Shown here in pieces: positions 59,850 through 64,000 of a DNA stretch of 64,000 nucleotides. The DNA is from Scyliorhinus canicula. Its lineage: Eukaryota. Each line of letters starts with the position of its first letter. The stretch's first letter is position 1. The stretch lies in NCBI RefSeq assembly GCF_902713615.1, contig NC_052175.1, positions 8,449,941 to 8,513,940 on the forward strand, written 5' to 3'. A program made the translations under genes and the position numbers. The notes beneath the pieces are model-generated. The model saw nothing but the letters and a program-made list of their open reading frames with translations. It was not told the origin of the DNA and did no database searches.

Positions 59850-60076
59850 GACGGTGCAATGCGCATCCTTCCTGCTGTACTAACTGTCCTGACGATTCCC
59901 GTTCTACTCTGCATCCTTTTGTTCATTTGGATTCGTAAACGCGGCAGATCAGTTGAAGATTCTCGTTTATGAAGCGCAATTTCATAATCATGATTGTTGG
60001 CTGAATTATCATAGTTTGAAATTATTAACTCGTTTCGTCATTGACAAGGACGAGTCAAGAGACCCCACAATTGAAA
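59850..60076 (+). pseudogene. Orphan paralog of V-C1 receptor exons 4-5 (TM 59850-59952; short exon 60049-60076)
   Basis: ILPAVLTVLTIPVLLCILLFIWIRKRGRS aligns to FPASIGVLVVLVLLLILLPIWICKDGRS. 103 nt versus 102 nt, donor TT instead of GT, second donor GC. No V or C1 exon found upstream. Confidence 0.75.
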
Positions 60077-60879
60077 GCGAGTAAATGAACCATTTGAAAA
60101 TGACTTCACTGAGGCCGTATCTGTATTAACACTGTGTTCACTCAGTTGCACGCCAGCACTTTTTCCAATGGTAGATGTTGACATGTTCCGTGAGCTTTAA
60201 AATACCCTAGGAACGGGATTTATTTCACATCGCGACTTCTTCTGGCACCGGAGACAGGATTTGCAAAAGTTAATGTTAGTTTGATTATTTAGCCTCATCC
60301 GTTTTGTGAGTTGAGAGAAGAAATAGAACGAGAAGGTCGGGAACAAAGACAAAAAGGTAAGTGACATCGAAATGTTGCCGAAGAATCAAAGTGAAATTGA
60401 GGAAATGTAACTGATAATGACAGTAACAGGTTTGCTGGACAGTAATTACAAGAAACAAGCAGTAGATCATGCATGTCCATCCATTGACCAATGGTGATGC
60501 CCTTTAGATTGGCGGGATCTATGACAGAATGCCGGACACTTTTTGTGTTGGTGAAATATTGGGAGTATTGGGGAGCTAGAACGGAATAATTTCCCATTGA
60601 AGTATTAGAGGAGCATTGCTGTATTGAGCCTCTCAAATAAATTGCAGATCATACAGAAAAGCGTAACACTTAGATTCACATCTGAACCATTGATACACAG
60701 GTAACCATCCTGAAACAGAGGCAAAGCGTGTAACACCAGTCTGAAATACAAGTGAGGTTATTGTCAACTTTTTTACAGAAACGTGATGATTTTTGGAGCA
60801 GTGTACATGACCTCCCCTTGCTGGATATTCCATAAGGTTAACAAAGAGCACGTCTGAGTGTCCAAAGCCAGTGATAGAG

Positions 60880-61050
60880 CGTCATGGCGGCGCACTACTT
60901 AGCACTGCTGCCTCCCCTCGCGGAGGAATAGGATTTGTTCCGTCCCTGAGTCACTGTCCTTGTGGAGATTCCACATTAACTCCTTGTCTGCGTGGGTCAC
61001 ACCCGCACAGCCCAAATATATTCAGAGTCGGCTGATTGGCCACGCTGAAG
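60880..61050 (+). mobile_element. Old HE1-like SINE fragment
   Basis: ttagcactgctgcctc head, gattggccacgctgaa core. Confidence 0.65.
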
Positions 61051-61449
61051 TGCGCCTTAATTCGAAGAGCAACATTGGAAAATAATTTAAATTGGAGTCA
61101 ATAACCATCCGAATTGTGTATTTCAAATCTGAAAATGTCACTCATCTTTTCCCCAATCTGATAATTAGTTCTCGTGTCAGAATTACAGCGAATTCACAGT
61201 AGTTTCTATTTCATATTTATTTTACATTTTTAAAGTCTCAACGATGAGTGCTGATCCCCTCTCACGACTCCCACTTTGCTCCCTCCCCTCCAACCAACTG
61301 TGTTTTTTCAATGTATTGGCATCCGGACATGGAATGTAAATAGGCGAAACCCAACCCAGGGCAGATAATGGACATTTGGAAATATATTTATGTTCAAAGT
61401 AGAAAAATAAGAAGAAACGGGAAGGGTATCAGTATTTGAAATTGGGACT

Positions 61450-61710
61450 GTGTATGTCTCTTTTTGCTTGTGTCCTGGGTGCTGTTTGCGGGTCTGTGTG
61501 TGTTTGCAGGTGAGTGTGTGTGTGTGTGCTGGTGTCTGTTTGCCGATCTATGTGTGTGCTGATGTCTTTGTGCGGACTGTGTGTCTGTATGTGCTTGTGT
61601 GCTGGTGTCTGTTTTCGTGTCTGTGAGTGTTGGTGCAAGTGTTTCTGTGCTTGAGTCTGCGTGTCTGTATGTGGCTGTAGTTGTGTCTGTGAGATTGTGC
61701 GACGTGTTAC
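61450..61710. repeat. (TG)-rich degenerate microsatellite
   Basis: Visible directly. Confidence 0.88.
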
Positions 61711-62499
61711 TCCCTCGCTTGACATATGGCTATTTCTTGCATTCCGACCACCGCCTCATACTTGTGTAATCCTTTTCAGCTCCACTATCAATCTCTGAAT
61801 GCCCATGTCTGCATTCCGCGTCCACCCTTTCTTTCTACGTGTATATCTGGACATTCCTCTGCCGTCTTCCCATGAACATGGTTTTGTCGGTTTATCTCCG
61901 TCTTGATATCTTTACCTGTCTCTGTTTTACCTTCCACTAACCACACATTTCCAATATCTGCCTCTCACCCTAGCGATCGCTGTGGCGGGTCTTGATTTGT
62001 TAAGGCACAGAAGACCACCTTTGTCCTCAGTGTGCCCCACTACTTCAATCAGCAAGCCGTCTGAGTAAAGGCCTTGACCGGAATATGGATACAGTTACAC
62101 TTGGTGATTCTCACTTCGAGCAATAATGAAACATGCCTGTGATTACAGGGGGAAATAAAACATGGGTCATGTCCTTCTGACAAGGGTACCGCTTCAAATA
62201 ACAACCAAAATAACTTTGTACTTTCATGAGAAATGATAACGTTCAGTTGCAAACTGACCTGGACAGGCAAATGGAAAGTAAATGCAACAATGACCCCTTT
62301 ACATGTTGTTATAGCTCAGATGATGAGAGAAGATGTCGAGGGGAAGAGACAGTACGAAAAAGAGTCGATGGACCAAATATCGATTTAGTTTCCTGTCCAT
62401 ATCTATTTCAAGAGAACCAGACATATAGTCTGTGAATCACTTGAACATATGTGGAACGTTGATATAGTTTTAGAAATGGCACCGTTATGTTGAAGCTCC

Positions 62500-62830
62500 T
62501 AAAAAGTCTTCTTGATCCACATCGTGTATGAGTATTGCATCCATATCTGGTTCGCACAGAGCAGGTCTAATATATGGACCTTTGAAAGGGTGGAGACGAA
62601 GTCTGCAAGAATTGATACCAAATGATAAATTTGCAGCCAGAAGATTTGTTTGGAGACACTTAGGTTGTTTTGCTGAAACAGAAATGTGTGTGGCACGTCG
62701 GGAGAGAGGGGCCCCGATGTGACAGCATTGAAGATAGTATATAGTAGAATATGCTGCCAACATTGCTGGATCAAAGGTAAAAGGAGCAGCGAGAAATGAG
62801 GAATATCTATACTTTATTCTGCGAGCGGTG
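62500..62830 (+). mobile_element. Old CR1 C-terminal remnant
   Basis: ccacatcgtgtatgagtattgcatccatatctgg..gaaagggtggag..aagaattgatacca resembles HLEYCVQFW..ERVQRRFTRMIP. Confidence 0.6.
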
Positions 62831-62844
62831 GTAACGAAGAAAAT

Positions 62845-63060
62845 GACGGCGATGTCCTGGTAATGATACTGGACTAGAAATTGAGCGGCCCAGGCGACAT
62901 GCACTGTCGATAGAGATTCCACACATAGTGCCACAGCAAAACGGGTCTTCGTAGTGATGAACAGAACAAAATCAGTGTTTGTTGTTAAACTCTGTCTGCA
63001 CGAACCACGTATTGTCAGGGTCATTTGGGATGGGAAAACTAAGACTTGTCCAGCGAAACA
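62845..63060 (+). mobile_element. Ancient DeuSINE-like remnant
   Basis: ggtaatgatactggactagaaat..ggcccagg head and gtcatttgggatgggaaa core; recognised from recall only. Confidence 0.4.
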
Positions 63061-64000
63061 CACATCACATGAATAAGGACAGATAAAAATACAAACATCA
63101 CAAATAATTATTGAGGAAAAAAACTTTTTAACCCAGGAGGTTGCGATCGTTCGGAATACACTGCCTGGTTGGGTGGTGGAAATAGCTTGCCTTAAATATT
63201 CAAAAAAATACCCGGATGAGCACTTGACACGTCATAATATTTAAGGCTGTGGGCCAAGGGCTGGTAAATTGGATGAGGTAGGCAGGTCAGCTGTTTTTCA
63301 TGCGTTCGTGCAGAGTCGATGGGTCGAACAGCCTCTTCCGCACTATGAGTCTGACACCCATCTGTGAGTCTGATTTTGTGAATGGGTAATATTTTAATCA
63401 TACCATCATCGCAAATATCATAAAGGGTTAAGAAGTATAAAGTGTTCTACACCATTATACTTGATGAGAACGTTTATACAGTATTGGATAAGATAATAAA
63501 GGATTATGAATGTGAAAGGAATTATAATTCATTTTTTTCGTGAAATAATGTTGTCATAGGCAGCACAACTAAATATGTTGGATGTTAAAGAGTTGTAATG
63601 GATTAAGAGCTATACTACGGTTTAAGAATCATCAGAAGGATTTGTAATGTTTATTATTACTTCAACATTGATACATTAATCAATAGATATGTTAAAGCAT
63701 GAAGAATTATAAATGTTTCGAAAGAGACTTAACGGGTCACAATTACTACAATTATAGTTTCAGATTTTTTTATATTCCTCAGCAGTTTGAATATTAAAAT
63801 GTGTGGACGGTTTGGCCCCAAGAACTAAAGAAAGGTTAAGTGGCGTAACCAGCACTAAAGTCATGAAGTGTTACAAAACATGAAAAGGAACTGGCCCGTT
63901 ACGCAGTTGAATAATGCAACGATGAATTCTCGCAACATCTAATTTTATCAATGGTTAGAAATGAAGCAAAATACTGCCGGATTTGATTCAGTTATAAATT

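Noticed and set aside
60293-60357. Exon-like segment with strong donor aag|gtaagt downstream of the orphan TM exon
   Set aside because: Frame is not compatible with the preceding relic exon and no similarity to gene 1 is visible.

Overview
Repeat-dense vertebrate DNA. HE1-type V-SINEs, CR1 LINEs with esterase ORF1 and two-exon GPR139-like genes point to a cartilaginous fish, probably a catshark-like shark (inference). Non-repeat content has three parts. (1) An intact, multi-exon, non-rearranging antigen-receptor-like gene on + (leader 3365-3419, V 3724-4050, C1 4141-4470, TM 6898-6999, tail exon 7098-7128; rest of the tail unresolved, with a candidate ITIM at 9165-9182). (2) A decayed orphan paralog of its TM and tail exons at 59850-60076. 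(3) Two GPR139-like GPCR pseudogenes in a head-to-head inverted segmental duplication (about 14515-28285 on - versus about 43140-47750 on +). The two copies share introns, an old Penelope insertion, an old SINE and a 40-bp CCAAT-box array. The rest is layered CR1, L1/Tx1, Penelope (including a palindromic mini-element with a hammerhead-like motif), Gmr1-type Gypsy, a Harbinger relic, SINEs and several minisatellites. Repeat boundaries were read by eye and are approximate; no database searches were run.
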